49,431 nt of DNA from NCBI GenBank assembly GCA_037140515.1, contig JBAXEI010000001.1, positions 96,267 through 145,697 of the forward strand. Reading direction: 5' to 3'. Position numbers and translations under genes: made by a program. This document shows, piece by piece, positions 1-9,298 of this stretch (its first letter is position 1; each line of letters begins with the position of its first letter). The DNA is from Candidatus Berkelbacteria bacterium. Its GTDB lineage: Bacteria > Patescibacteriota > UBA1384 > XYA2-FULL-43-10 > 1-14-0-10-43-13. The notes under the pieces are model-generated. The model was not told the origin of the DNA. It made no database searches and worked only from the letters and a program-made list of their open reading frames with translations.

Positions 1-1
1 G

Positions 2-3000
2 GGAACTCTTGCCTTACCTACAAGCAAAAAGAACTCGACGTTTAATATCGGAGGAACTGGCTCAATCAGCTGTGCCAATATTACGATTGGCAATGCTACT
101 GTGCCATCGGGAAATCCAACCAATTTGGAATCGCTTAATTTGACGATTGCTAGTTTGTCAGTCTCAAATAATGTCACATTGGTTTCGACCGACTCTGGGA
201 CAAAGGTCAACAATGCTGTTTTTAGTTTACAATCTGGTGTGGCAACTGTTGGCGGTCAGATGATAACAAACAATCAGGCTTGCACTGATACTTCGCTCGT
301 AACTCTGGCACAAGGGGCCCAAACCGGTACCTTGAAGATTGCTGGCGCCACCCCATGGAGCTTGTCGGCAAATGGGACGAATACGATCACGCTCAATGGT
401 ACCTCGGCAATTGTAAATTATAATGGTACGTCTGCTCAGACAACTGGTAATCTTCCGGCTGCACAAGCCTATACTACGCTCCAAATCAATAATTCTGCTG
501 GTCTGACGCTTAGCAACACCGCTACTGCTGCGACTGTGACGATCGGCAACAGTACTTCGAACAGTATATTAAGCGACGGAGGACATCAGCTAACCTCGGC
601 TGGCACGCTAAATCTTACCTCTGGAACTTTTAAGCTTGGTGCTGCCGCCGCAACAGCCTGGCCGTCTTTTGCAACGGCTAATATCTCATCTGGTACAACT
701 GTGGAATATGCGGCAGCCGTAGCCCAAAATGTATCTGCGACTCCTTTATATCAAAACCTGACTTTTTCTGGACTTGGAACTAAGACTACTGCAACCGGCA
801 CTATAACAGTTGGTGGTAATTGGACCACAAGCGGAGGTGCAGCCACACTTAGTACAAATAATTCAAATATAACTGTTACTGGCGATGTTGCCGGAAGTGG
901 GGCAATCACATCGGGTTCCGGGACAATTTCGTTGCGTGGAAACTGGACCAACAATGGTACATTTACCAAGGATTCTGGAACAGTGACTTACAATGGTACC
1001 TCAGCTCAAACCATGGGTGCTCTTGTCTACAACAATTTAATCATTAATAAATCTGCAGGCACGGCATATCTCGGCGGAGCAGGCACCAGAGTTGATGGAG
1101 CGCTAACCTTTACTTCAGGCAATATTATTACTAGCACAGATGATCTCTATGTGAGTTCAACTGGTAGCGTTTCGCACACCAGCGGACATATTGTTGGAAA
1201 CTTAAGAAAGTATATTGCTACAGGGGCTACGAGCAAAAACTTTGAAATTGGCGATGGTCTAAACTACGCGCCGGTCAGTATTTCCTTTGGCAACGTGACT
1301 GCGGCTGGAGATCTGACCTTGACTACGGCTTCTGGCGATCATCCAAATATCGGTACTTCGACTATAACTGCAAGCAAGACTGCTAATCGATATTGGACAA
1401 CGACGAACTCTGGAATTACCTTTAACAATTATAGCGCAGTATTTAATTTCATAAATCCTGGAGATTTGGATGTCGGTGCAAATACAGCAAATTTCATCGT
1501 TGGTAAATACTCTACAGGTACCTGGTCTTATCCAACAGTTGGGACAAGAAATTCGACAAATACCCAAGCGACCGGTCTCACATCTTTTAGTGACTTTCAG
1601 CTTGGTGAGTCCAGTGATACTGCTCCAAATGTGCCTGTTTTGGTCTCTCCTGGTGGCGGATCGCTAACGAACGATAATACGCCGACACTATCAGCTAATT
1701 ACTCTGATCCCGATCCAGGGGACGTTGGAACGACGAACTATCGGATTGCCACAAGTGCTCCAAACTGCTTGGCTGGGACGACAGTCGCAAGCGGCACATC
1801 GGCTGTAACAGCTACAAACAATGAAAATACCACTTGGACACCTGGCTCCTCAATTGGCGTTGACGCTACTTATTATTGGTGTGCACAAAATGACGATGGG
1901 GTGGCTCTGTCCGCTTGGACTAGTATGGGTAACTTCATCTTGGATACTGCCGCGCCAACTTTCACCATGCAGTATTATTCTGACTCAGGCTTGACTACAC
2001 CAATCGCCGACAATGCCAAGCTCAAGGCTGGAACATATTATGTAAAAATTACTTCGAATGAAGCGCTTTCTGCAACGCCTACAGTTAGCATTGCTGCAGA
2101 GGGGACTGCGAACGATATTACAAACGGTGCCACAGCACTAGTCTCTGGTAATAATTATAAATACACCCGAGTGATTGCTGTAGACGCCGCTGCAGTTGGC
2201 ACTGTTCTTGAAGACTGGTCTGTGAGCGGAACTGATCTTGCTTCTAACCCTGCGACCAATGTCAATCCGACCAATGAAGCTTCGAAGGCTATTTATACCG
2301 ATACGACTAGCCCAGTTATTTCCTTGACTGCCCCAGCGACTGGTGCATTTATCAAGAGCATAACCTCGTCTTCCTCGGTCAGCTACACTTTGAGCGAAGC
2401 AATCTCTGGCGGAACGATTACTATGGCTCAGACCAGTGGCACTCCTGATGGCTCCTCTCCACACACTTGTACTTTGGTTGGCGCAGCCTTAAATAGCGGT
2501 GCTCATACTGCTTTTGATATGTCGAATACATCTAATAGTTGTACAGTAGCACAATCTTTGGTTGATGGCGCAGTCTACACCTTCAGATTCGACGGTACGG
2601 ATCTCGCAGGAAATGTTGCAACTCAAATAGTGAACACAAGCATCACTTTTGATACGACTGGTCCAACAGTTACCGTCAATCAAGCCGTTGGACAGGCTGA
2701 TCCGACAAATATTCCAGCGATCAATTTCACGATTGTCTTCTCGGAGCCAATCGATCCTACTACTTTTACATCGGCCGATATTACTAACAGTGGGTCTGCA
2801 ACTGGTGTGACCTGGGCAGCACCTTCTACCTCCGATAATATTACTTGGACTCTCTCCTCAACTGGAATTGTGACTAATGGCTCGGTGATCCCATCGCTCA
2901 ATGCGGCGAAAGTGACTGATCGCGCTGGAAATGATAACGCAGCATCGACTTCGACTGATAATTCGGTCGTATACGATACTGCCGCGCCAACTTTCACCAT

Positions 3001-6000
3001 GCAGTATTATTCTGACTCAGGCTTGACTACACCAATCGCCGACAATGCCAAGCTCAAGGCTGGAACATATTATGTAAAAATTACTTCGAATGAAGCGCTT
3101 TCTGCAACGCCTACAGTTAGCATTGCTGCAGAGGGGACTGCGAACGATATTACAAACGGTGCCACAGCACTAGTCTCTGGTAATAATTATAAATACACCC
3201 GAGTGATTGCTGTAGACGCCGCTGCAGTTGGCACTGTTCTTGAAGACTGGTCTGTGAGCGGAACTGATCTTGCTTCTAACCCTGCGACCAATGTCAATCC
3301 GACCAATGAAGCTTCGAAGGCTATTTATACCGATACGGTCGCTCCAACAACCCCAGGGAGCTTGACTTTGGGCGGAAAGACTACAAATACCATTACTTTA
3401 AATTTTGGCGCAGCGACATCAGAGGTAAATTTCAGCACTTATAAAATATTTTACAAACAAGCAGCGTCTGGTGTGACTGAATCGGATACTGAGCAAGTCG
3501 ATTCTGACTTAGGCTTTATTAATTATAATAGTACGACAAATACTGTTGTCGGAAGTCTTTTGTCTGGTACCCAGTATGTCTTCAACATTTGGGCTTATGA
3601 TACCGCGGGCAACAAGGTAAACGCTACTGAGATCACCATCACTACAGTCTTCGCCAACAACGCTCCAAATGTTCCTATCCTTGTCTCTCCTGGCAGTGGC
3701 TCTCTCATAAATGACAACACACCAACATTATCGGCGAACTACTCAGATCCAGATGCCGGAGATGTTGGCACCACGAATTACCGGATTGCCACAAGTGTTC
3801 CAAACTGCTTAGCTGGGACGACGGTCGCTAGTGGTACTTCTGCTACTACTTCGACAAACAACGAAAGCACCACTTGGACACCTGGCTCCTCAATTGGCGT
3901 TGACACTACTTATTATTGGTGTGCACAAAATGACGATGGGGTGGCTCAGTCTGCTTGGACGAGTATGGGAAACTTCATCCTTGATACTTCTAATCCAACT
4001 GTAACTGTCAATCAAGCTGCTGGTCAGGCTGATCCGACTAACAATCCAGCAATCAACTTCACAGTTATCTTCTCTGAGCCAATTAATCCTGCCACATTTA
4101 CCTCGGCAGATATTACAAATAGTGGTAGCGCTTCAGGTATTACTTGGTCTGCTCCTTCAACCTCGGACAATATAACTTGGACGATAGCCACTTCTGCAAT
4201 TACTGCTGACGGCACCGTGATCCCATCTCTTGATGCAGCGAAAGTTACTGATACCGCTGGAAATGATAATCTGGCTTCGACTTCGACCGATCATTCTGTC
4301 CTATATGACTCGCAGGATCCAACTTTCACAATGCAGTATTATTATGACTCGTCTTTGACTTTACCTATTGCTGATAATGCTAAGCTAAGTGCTGGAACAT
4401 ATTATGTAAAGATTACTTCAAACGAAGCTTTATTCAGTAATCCGACTGTTTCGATACTCGCCGAGGGTACTGCTAACGACGTGACTCATGGGGCGACAAT
4501 TTTGGTCTCTGGCAATATTTACAAATATACGCGAACAATTGTGACAGATGCCGCTGCTATTGGGTTAGTCATGGAAAACTGGTCTGTCCTGGGCACGGAC
4601 TTGGCAGGCAATACGGCAACGGACGTAAACCCAACCAATGAGCTAACTAAAGATATCTATACCGATACCGTGAGCCCAACTGCACCTGGCAACTTGACGC
4701 TTGGTGGTAAGAGCAGTAGCAGTATCACTTTGAATTTTGGGGCGGCAACGTCTGAAGTAAACTTTGATCAATATAAGGTTTTCTATAAACAGGCGGCAAC
4801 CGGCGTGACTGAATCGGATAGTCAACAGTTGGATTCAAATCTCGGATATATCAATTATAATGGTGTAACGAGTACAGCTGTTAGTGGACTTTCGGCTGGT
4901 ACCCAGTATGTCTTCAACATTTGGGCTTATGATACCGTCGGTAATAAGGCAAATGCGAGCGAAATTGCTATCTCAACAAACCCAGGTAATAATACTCCAA
5001 ATGTACCAACGATTGTCTCGCCAGCTAATGGCTCCTTGACCAGAGATACTACGCCAACTTTATCAGCCAATTATACTGATCCAGATCTTGCTGACATTGG
5101 CACAACTGACTACAGAATTGCAACTAGTCCTGCTGGCTGCTTGGCAGGTGTCGTTGTTGCAAGCGGGACGTCAGCCGTTACATCGACTAACAGCGAAGAT
5201 ACTGTCTGGACTCCGGCTAGCCCGATCTCTTTAGATGCAACTTATTATTGGTGTGCTAGAAATGATGACGGTGTAGCGCAATCAGCTTGGACAAATATGG
5301 GTAATTTCATATTGGATACGACCGCTCCTGCGATCCTCATTACCGCTCCTACTAAAGCTTCAAATGCGACAATTACTGACACAACAGTCCATGCAACTGA
5401 TAGTAACGGACTATTGGCGGCAAACGTTACGATTAATCCTTCAACAACAGCGGGAGTTACTAATTACAACTGTACACAGACTGATGCCAATACTGTTGAT
5501 TGCACAATCGACATAGTCTCATCGGGATCCCTGGCTATCAAGGCGATCGATAATGTTGCAAATCAGTTTGTTCAAACAGAGAGTGGCTATATTATTAATA
5601 CTGCAGCACCAGTCATCGTTATTTCCGCTCCAACAAAAGTTTCAAATTCAAATATTTCTAATTCAACCATCCATGTGACTGATGTAGACGGAGTTCTGGC
5701 CTCTAATGTGGTGATTGATGCCTTGAATACAGTTTCCTATACAAGTTTCATTTGTACCCAAATCAACACAAGCACTGTTGACTGTACTGTTGTAATAACT
5801 TCAAGTGGCAGATTGGTGATTAAGGCTACGGATAGTCTCACAAATTCGGCGACTCAACCTGAAGACAGCTATGTGATCGAAACTATTTTACCTGTCGCTA
5901 TAGTCTCTGCCCCGACTAAAACATCTACAACAACAATTACAGACACAAAGATTAGCATTACAGATAACAATGCAATTCTAGTTGCAAATGTAACAGTCGA

Positions 6001-6514
6001 TGCCTCTTCGACTGCCGGCCAAACAAATTTTGTCTGCACACAAGCTGATACACGGACAGTAAATTGTAGGATCGATATCACTGCAAGCGGTGATTTGGTG
6101 ATTCGCGCAGTCGATAGTGCAGGAAATGTTTCAACTACAAAGGAAAGTGGCTATTCTATCGCAGCTGCAGTAGCTCCTGTTATAGCTCCGACTCCTACAC
6201 CAGCCCCAGCTGCACCTGTCGCCGCTCCGGCAACAACAACCCCAACGACGCCTGCCGCTGCTGCCACCGTCCCAACCGTTATTCCTCCGACAGTAGCCGC
6301 CGCAGCAGCTGGTTCGACGCCTGCAGCAGCAACACCGGCCCTGTTCGATGTGGTGGCAAACTTGTCTAAGACTGCACAGGAAAATCCAATTCCATTTACT
6401 TTGATTTCTATCATTATCGTGACCTCTGTCGCGCTACTTTGGATATTTATCGCCGGTCGTGTCAGAAGACGTTCTATAGAGAAAAGGCTGAAGGAATTGG
6501 CGAAGTCATCCTAG
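2..6514 (+). CDS. Giant repeat-modular cell-surface protein (adhesin-like), 5'-truncated by the window edge, with C-terminal membrane anchor
   Basis: Frame 2 is open from nt 2, with no stop before the GTG at 101 used by the ORF track, so the gene starts upstream of the window. The N-terminal ~500 aa are Gly/Thr/Asn/Ser-rich with recurring GNWT motifs (beta-helix-like). Module A (VSP..GSL..D.TPTLSANY.DPD ... YYWCA.NDDGV..SAWT.MGNFILDT) lies at ~1622-1948, 3662-3988 and 4994-5320. Module B (PTFTMQYY...IYTDT) lies at 1943-2305, 2975-3337 and 4316-4669. Module C (PTVTVNQA.GQADPTN.PAINFT..FSEPI) lies at ~2663-2974 and 3995-4315. Module D (FN3-like, GTQYVFNIWAYDT.GNK) lies at ~3338-3652 and 4670-4984. 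Module E occurs three times in tandem at ~5324-6160. A Pro/Ala/Thr linker spans ~6161-6340. The hydrophobic helix IPFTLISIIIVTSVALLWIFIAG is followed by RVRRRS. No LPXTG motif seen. Confidence 0.85.
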   Translation, partial: GTLALPTSKKNSTFNIGGTGSISCANITIGNATVPSGNPTNLESLNLTIASLSVSNNVTLVSTDSGTKVNNAVFSLQSGVATVGGQMITNNQACTDTSLVTLAQGAQTGTLKIAGATPWSLSANGTNTITLNGTSAIVNYNGTSAQTTGNLPAAQAYTTLQINNSAGLTLSNTATAATVTIGNSTSNSILSDGGHQLTSAGTLNLTSGTFKLGAAAATAWPSFATANISSGTTVEYAAAVAQNVSATPLYQNLTFSGLGTKTTATGTITVGGNWTTSGGAATLSTNNSNITVTGDVAGSGAITSGSGTISLRGNWTNNGTFTKDSGTVTYNGTSAQTMGALVYNNLIINKSAGTAYLGGAGTRVDGALTFTSGNIITSTDDLYVSSTGSVSHTSGHIVGNLRKYIATGATSKNFEIGDGLNYAPVSISFGNVTAAGDLTLTTASGDHPNIGTSTITASKTANRYWTTTNSGITFNNYSAVFNFINPGDLDVGANTANFIVGKYSTGTWSYPTVGTRNSTNTQATGLTSFSDFQLGESSDTAPNVPVLVSPGGGSLTNDNTPTLSANYSDPDPGDVGTTNYRIATSAPNCLAGTTVASGTSAVTATNNENTTWTPGSSIGVDATYYWCAQNDDGVALSAWTSMGNFILDTAAPTFTMQYYSDSGLTTPIADNAKLKAGTYYVKITSNEALSATPTVSIAAEGTANDITNGATALVSGNNYKYTRVIAVDAAAVGTVLEDWSVSGTDLASNPATNVNPTNEASKAIYTDTTSPVISLTAPATGAFIKSITSSSSVSYTLSEAISGGTITMAQTSGTPDGSSPHTCTLVGAALNSGAHTAFDMSNTSNSCTVAQSLVDGAVYTFRFDGTDLAGNVATQIVNTSITFDTTGPTVTVNQAVGQADPTNIPAINFTIVFSEPIDPTTFTSADITNSGSATGVTWAAPSTSDNITWTLSSTGIVTNGSVIPSLNAAKVTDRAGNDNAASTSTDNSVVYDTAAPTFTMQYYSDSGLTTPIADNAKLKAGTYYVKITSNEALSATPTVSIAAEGTANDITNGATALVSGNNYKYTRVIAVDAAAVGTVLEDWSVSGTDLASNPATNVNPTNEASKAIYTDTVAPTTPGSLTLGGKTTNTITLNFGAATSEVNFSTYKIFYKQAASGVTESDTEQVDSDLGFINYNSTTNTVVGSLLSGTQYVFNIWAYDTAGNKVNATEITITTVFANNAPNVPILVSPGSGSLINDNTPTLSANYSDPDAGDVGTTNYRIATSVPNCLAGTTVASGTSATTSTNNESTTWTPGSSIGVDTTYYWCAQNDDGVAQSAWTSMGNFILDTSNPTVTVNQAAGQADPTNNPAINFTVIFSEPINPATFTSADITNSGSASGITWSAPSTSDNITWTIATSAITADGTVIPSLDAAKVTDTAGNDNLASTSTDHSVLYDSQDPTFTMQYYYDSSLTLPIADNAKLSAGTYYVKITSNEALFSNPTVSILAEGTANDVTHGATILVSGNIYKYTRTIVTDAAAIGLVMENWSVLGTDLAGNTATDVNPTNELTKDIYTDTVSPTAPGNLTLGGKSSSSITLNFGAATSEVNFDQYKVFYKQAATGVTESDSQQLDSNLGYINYNGVTSTAVSGLSAGTQYVFNIWAYDTVGNKANASEIAISTNPGNNTPNVPTIVSPANGSLTRDTTPTLSANYTDPDLADIGTTDYRIATSPAGCLAGVVVASGTSAVTSTNSEDTVWTPASPISLDATYYWCARNDDGVAQSAWTNMGNFILDTTAPAILITAPTKASNATITDTTVHATDSNGLLAANVTINPSTTAGVTNYNCTQTDANTVDCTIDIVSSGSLAIKAIDNVANQFVQTESGYIINTAAPVIVISAPTKVSNSNISNSTIHVTDVDGVLASNVVIDALNTVSYTSFICTQINTSTVDCTVVITSSGRLVIKATDSLTNSATQPEDSYVIETILPVAIVSAPTKTSTTTITDTKISITDNNAILVANVTVDASSTAGQTNFVCTQADTRTVNCRIDITASGDLVIRAVDSAGNVSTTKESGYSIAAAVAPVIAPTPTPAPAAPVAAPATTTPTTPAAAATVPTVIPPTVAAAAAGSTPAAATPALFDVVANLSKTAQENPIPFTLISIIIVTSVALLWIFIAGRVRRRSIEKRLKELAKSS
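1943..2305 (+). repeat. Copy 1 of a perfect 363-nt intragenic direct repeat (module B1)
   Basis: Base-by-base reading gives identity with 2975-3337. The offset is 1032 nt, which is 344 codons. Confidence 0.9.
2975..3337 (+). repeat. Copy 2 of a perfect 363-nt intragenic direct repeat (module B2)
   Basis: Identical to 1943-2305. The flanks differ on both sides (aacttcatcttg vs tcggtcgtatac upstream, act vs gtc downstream). Confidence 0.9.
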
Positions 6515-6553
6515 ACGAAAAAGTTGAATAATTAGCAGAGGGGATATATAATT

Positions 6554-7336
6554 ATGATCACTATGAAATTACTCAAATTTATCAGTAACAGCGCACTGGC
6601 AGCGTTGATCGGCCTGATTTTGCTCGCACCTACTTCTTATCTAGAGGCCGCATCTTCTAGCAAGGTAGCACCAGATGAATTGCTGCCTATTTCAGTGCAA
6701 CTGTCTAACTTTGGCGGTACTGCTCGGGTGGATGTGTCGGTCAAATATTCATTGCTGAATAGTACTGGTGTTGAAATTTACGCTGCTGTCGAAACAGTAG
6801 CTGTCGAAACAAGTGCGAGCTATGTAAAAACTATCCAAATTCCCGCTAATGCATCCTCCGGATCATATACTGAGGTGACTGCAGTGACCTATCCTGGACA
6901 AGTAGCTCCAGCTACAACGAGAGTCCCTTTTACTGTTGAAAAAAAGATTTTTGGAGTTTTTTTGAGCGATTTTTATCTTTACAGTGGCATTGCTGTTGTC
7001 ATGAGTCTTTTATTGATTTTAATTGGCCGCATGCTGATCAAGCGTCGTCGTGTTTCGAGATTCTCAGATCTTGATTATGATAATATTCCGAGTGATCAGC
7101 GTCCTTTTTATGAAATTTTGAGCGACACTATTATGCAAATGCGTGCTCGAGTTGGAGATGATGCGATATTTATCGCGCAAAACATCAGCGGTCTCAAAAT
7201 TGATGCTAAAACTGGTCGAGTACTTTCAGTCACAGAATCTCCTGCGAAGATTATTGCTAATCTTGTTTCTGCATATGAGGTTACGCTTGGCAAGAAGGTC
7301 AGTTTTTCTCTTCGAAGAGATGTGTCGACGAAATAA
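6554..7336 (+). CDS. Hypothetical bitopic membrane protein (signal peptide, beta-rich ectodomain, TM, cytoplasmic tail)
   Basis: The N-terminus ALAALIGLILLAPTSYLEAASS looks like a signal peptide. A mid-protein TM (IAVVMSLLLILIGRMLI) is followed by KRRR. A GAGGGG Shine-Dalgarno-like sequence lies upstream. No recognisable family. Confidence 0.6.
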   Translation: MITMKLLKFISNSALAALIGLILLAPTSYLEAASSSKVAPDELLPISVQLSNFGGTARVDVSVKYSLLNSTGVEIYAAVETVAVETSASYVKTIQIPANASSGSYTEVTAVTYPGQVAPATTRVPFTVEKKIFGVFLSDFYLYSGIAVVMSLLLILIGRMLIKRRRVSRFSDLDYDNIPSDQRPFYEILSDTIMQMRARVGDDAIFIAQNISGLKIDAKTGRVLSVTESPAKIIANLVSAYEVTLGKKVSFSLRRDVSTK

Positions 7337-7395
7337 TCTCTAATTACACTATATGATATTGAATAAGATATACCTCAAATAATTTGGAGAAAAAT

Positions 7396-7776
7396 ATGAA
7401 ACCTCAAAAAAAAATTCTGATAGTAGAGGATGATCAAAGCTTACGAGACGCAATTGCTGAAGTACTTAGATCAAAAGCGTTCCTCCCAATCGAAGCCGTA
7501 AATGGCAAAGAGGGAGTCGAGAAAGCTCTATCCGAGCACCCTGACCTCATTTTGCTTGACCTTGTAATGCCAGTAATGAGCGGAATGGAAGCTCTCACTA
7601 AAATTCGCGAGGACAAGTGGGGTAAGAACGTTCCCGTTATTATTTTGACGAATTTGGACGCATCAGACGACCGGCTTACTGAGGATGTCGTCAAGGGAAT
7701 GCCAATTTATTACTTGGTTAAATCAGATATCAAGATTTACGATGTAGTTGATAAGATTGAAAAGCTTATTCATTGA
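7396..7776 (+). CDS. Single-domain response regulator (receiver/CheY-like only), paralog 1
   Basis: KILIVEDD ... LILLDLVMPVMSGMEAL ... VPVIILT ... KS matches the REC domain pattern. The ATG at 7396 is preceded by GGAG at 7386-7389, so it is preferred over the TTG at 7384. There is no output domain (126 aa). Confidence 0.85.
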   Translation: MKPQKKILIVEDDQSLRDAIAEVLRSKAFLPIEAVNGKEGVEKALSEHPDLILLDLVMPVMSGMEALTKIREDKWGKNVPVIILTNLDASDDRLTEDVVKGMPIYYLVKSDIKIYDVVDKIEKLIH

Positions 7777-7811
7777 GGCATAATCGCATATTTACCATAA
7801 AGGAGAAAACT

Positions 7812-8192
7812 ATGAAGCAGCACAAAATTTTAGTAGTAGAAGATGAACAAACTTTGAGGGATGCAATTGTCACTGTTCTTAGCGCAAAAAATTTTTTAGC
7901 GATTGAGGCTGTTAATGGAAAAGATGGCGTAGAAAAAGCTTTGTCTGAGCATCCCGACCTCATTTTGCTCGATCTCGTCATGCCAGTAATGGATGGGATG
8001 ACTGCACTGAAGGAGATACGAAAAGATAAATGGGGCGCAGATGTTCCTGTGGTGATTCTTACTAATCTAAGTGCTACCGACGAAAATTTGGTGACTGATA
8101 TTGTGACTCATAAGCCATTGGAGTATTTAGTCAAGGCTGATTGGAAGATTCATGATGTTGTTGATAAGGTTGAGAAAATTCTGAAAAAATAG
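7812..8192 (+). CDS. Single-domain response regulator (receiver only), paralog 2
   Basis: KILVVEDE ... LILLDLVMPVMDGMTAL ... VPVVILT is closely similar to the upstream paralog along its whole length. The ATG at 7812 is preceded by AAGGAG at 7800-7805, so it is preferred over the 7773 start in the ORF track. Confidence 0.85.
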   Translation: MKQHKILVVEDEQTLRDAIVTVLSAKNFLAIEAVNGKDGVEKALSEHPDLILLDLVMPVMDGMTALKEIRKDKWGADVPVVILTNLSATDENLVTDIVTHKPLEYLVKADWKIHDVVDKVEKILKK

Positions 8193-8203
8193 CAGGGAGC
8201 AAA

Positions 8204-8524
8204 ATGGCAAAACCAGCAAAGAATGTGAAAAGATCCATGTGGGTCGGGCTTTCAACATTATTAGTTATGCCACTCTTGGGCATATTCGCCGCGGTTGGTC
8301 GCCCAGCCCTTGATCATGTGATGAGCGAAAACTCTAGCGCACTTGTTGGCGCAGTATTAGCGATTTTGGTGCTAGCTTATGTTATTTACGCAATAGTTGT
8401 AAACATCCGTACTTTCAGGACGGGGGATCGGTCTGCCCAGATGTGGCTTGGATTCATCCCAGCTGTCTTCATTGGTGGGATGTTTGTGATCATGGCTATT
8501 GCTGACCTTTTTACGTCAGACTAA
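8204..8524 (+). CDS. Small hypothetical membrane protein (about 3 TM)
   Basis: 106 aa with three hydrophobic stretches. GGGAGC lies upstream of the ATG. No recognisable family. Confidence 0.55.
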   Translation: MAKPAKNVKRSMWVGLSTLLVMPLLGIFAAVGRPALDHVMSENSSALVGAVLAILVLAYVIYAIVVNIRTFRTGDRSAQMWLGFIPAVFIGGMFVIMAIADLFTSD

Positions 8525-8615
8525 GGATTTACATTTAGCGTTAAATATGGTATTATATATTGTTTTGGTGGTCTATACTTAGATCAAACTAAGCCAAGGC
8601 ATTTTTGGAGGTTCT

Positions 8616-9200
8616 ATGTCCAAGATATGTGATCCACACGCAAAATGCGACTTATTGTTAATGTCTGTTGCTGGAATGACAGAGGATTTTAAGCCGGATG
8701 AAGCTGGAATTGATCGAATTACTGCCGCTTCTGTAATTCTTTTACGCGGTAATTGCAATTCGATCGCGGTAATTGGTGGCAAGACTAATAGATATTCTAT
8801 CGGCTACGCCGGAGCATATCGAAATTTTATGAGTCAGCCAACGAAGGTGACCGACGGCAAAGTGGTTTTTTATGATGCGAGTGCTACGAACTCACAGCGG
8901 GATATTGAAGCGGCTTTGCCAAAGATCGATGAATTCCTCAAAACTATTCACCTTGATCGGAAGATTGCTAAGATCGGCGTTGTCAGCTATCCACTGCATC
9001 GGCGTAGAATGATGGTAATCCTGAAGCATTTCGGATTCGAAAATCTTGTCGAGTACGAAAGCTGCGAAAAGCCAGCGTTCAATCCGATCTTAGATCGACT
9101 GCTGCTCTGGCTTACGGTGCTCGATCCGACCTGGCGATGGCTTGGCGCACCACTTGATTGGTGGTCAAAGAAACTGATTGAAAAGCCGTCGAAAAAATAA
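8616..9200 (+). CDS. DUF218/YdcF-like protein (tentative)
   Basis: The layout (AVIGG ... VVSYPLHRRRMMVILKHFGF) resembles the YdcF/SanA DUF218 core, where SxxHxxR precedes a short hydrophobic segment. GGAGG lies upstream of the ATG. The family call is from memory of the motif only. Confidence 0.45.
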   Translation: MSKICDPHAKCDLLLMSVAGMTEDFKPDEAGIDRITAASVILLRGNCNSIAVIGGKTNRYSIGYAGAYRNFMSQPTKVTDGKVVFYDASATNSQRDIEAALPKIDEFLKTIHLDRKIAKIGVVSYPLHRRRMMVILKHFGFENLVEYESCEKPAFNPILDRLLLWLTVLDPTWRWLGAPLDWWSKKLIEKPSKK

Positions 9201-9298
9201 ACACATTTGCTCCTTTGAATTTAATTCATCGGAGCATTTTTTTGATTATTTTTCTTTTTTTCGGTAAACTTATACTATACAAAATCGGAGGGATTTTC

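Noticed and set aside
1943-3337. Template/variable repeat pair of a diversity-generating retroelement
   Set aside because: The two 363-nt copies are identical, with no adenine-specific mismatches. No reverse transcriptase or accessory gene is present in the window.
6151-6414. 87-aa minus-strand Ala/Gly/Val-rich ORF
   Set aside because: It is an antisense reading of the Pro/Ala/Thr-rich linker of the giant surface protein, a low-complexity artefact.
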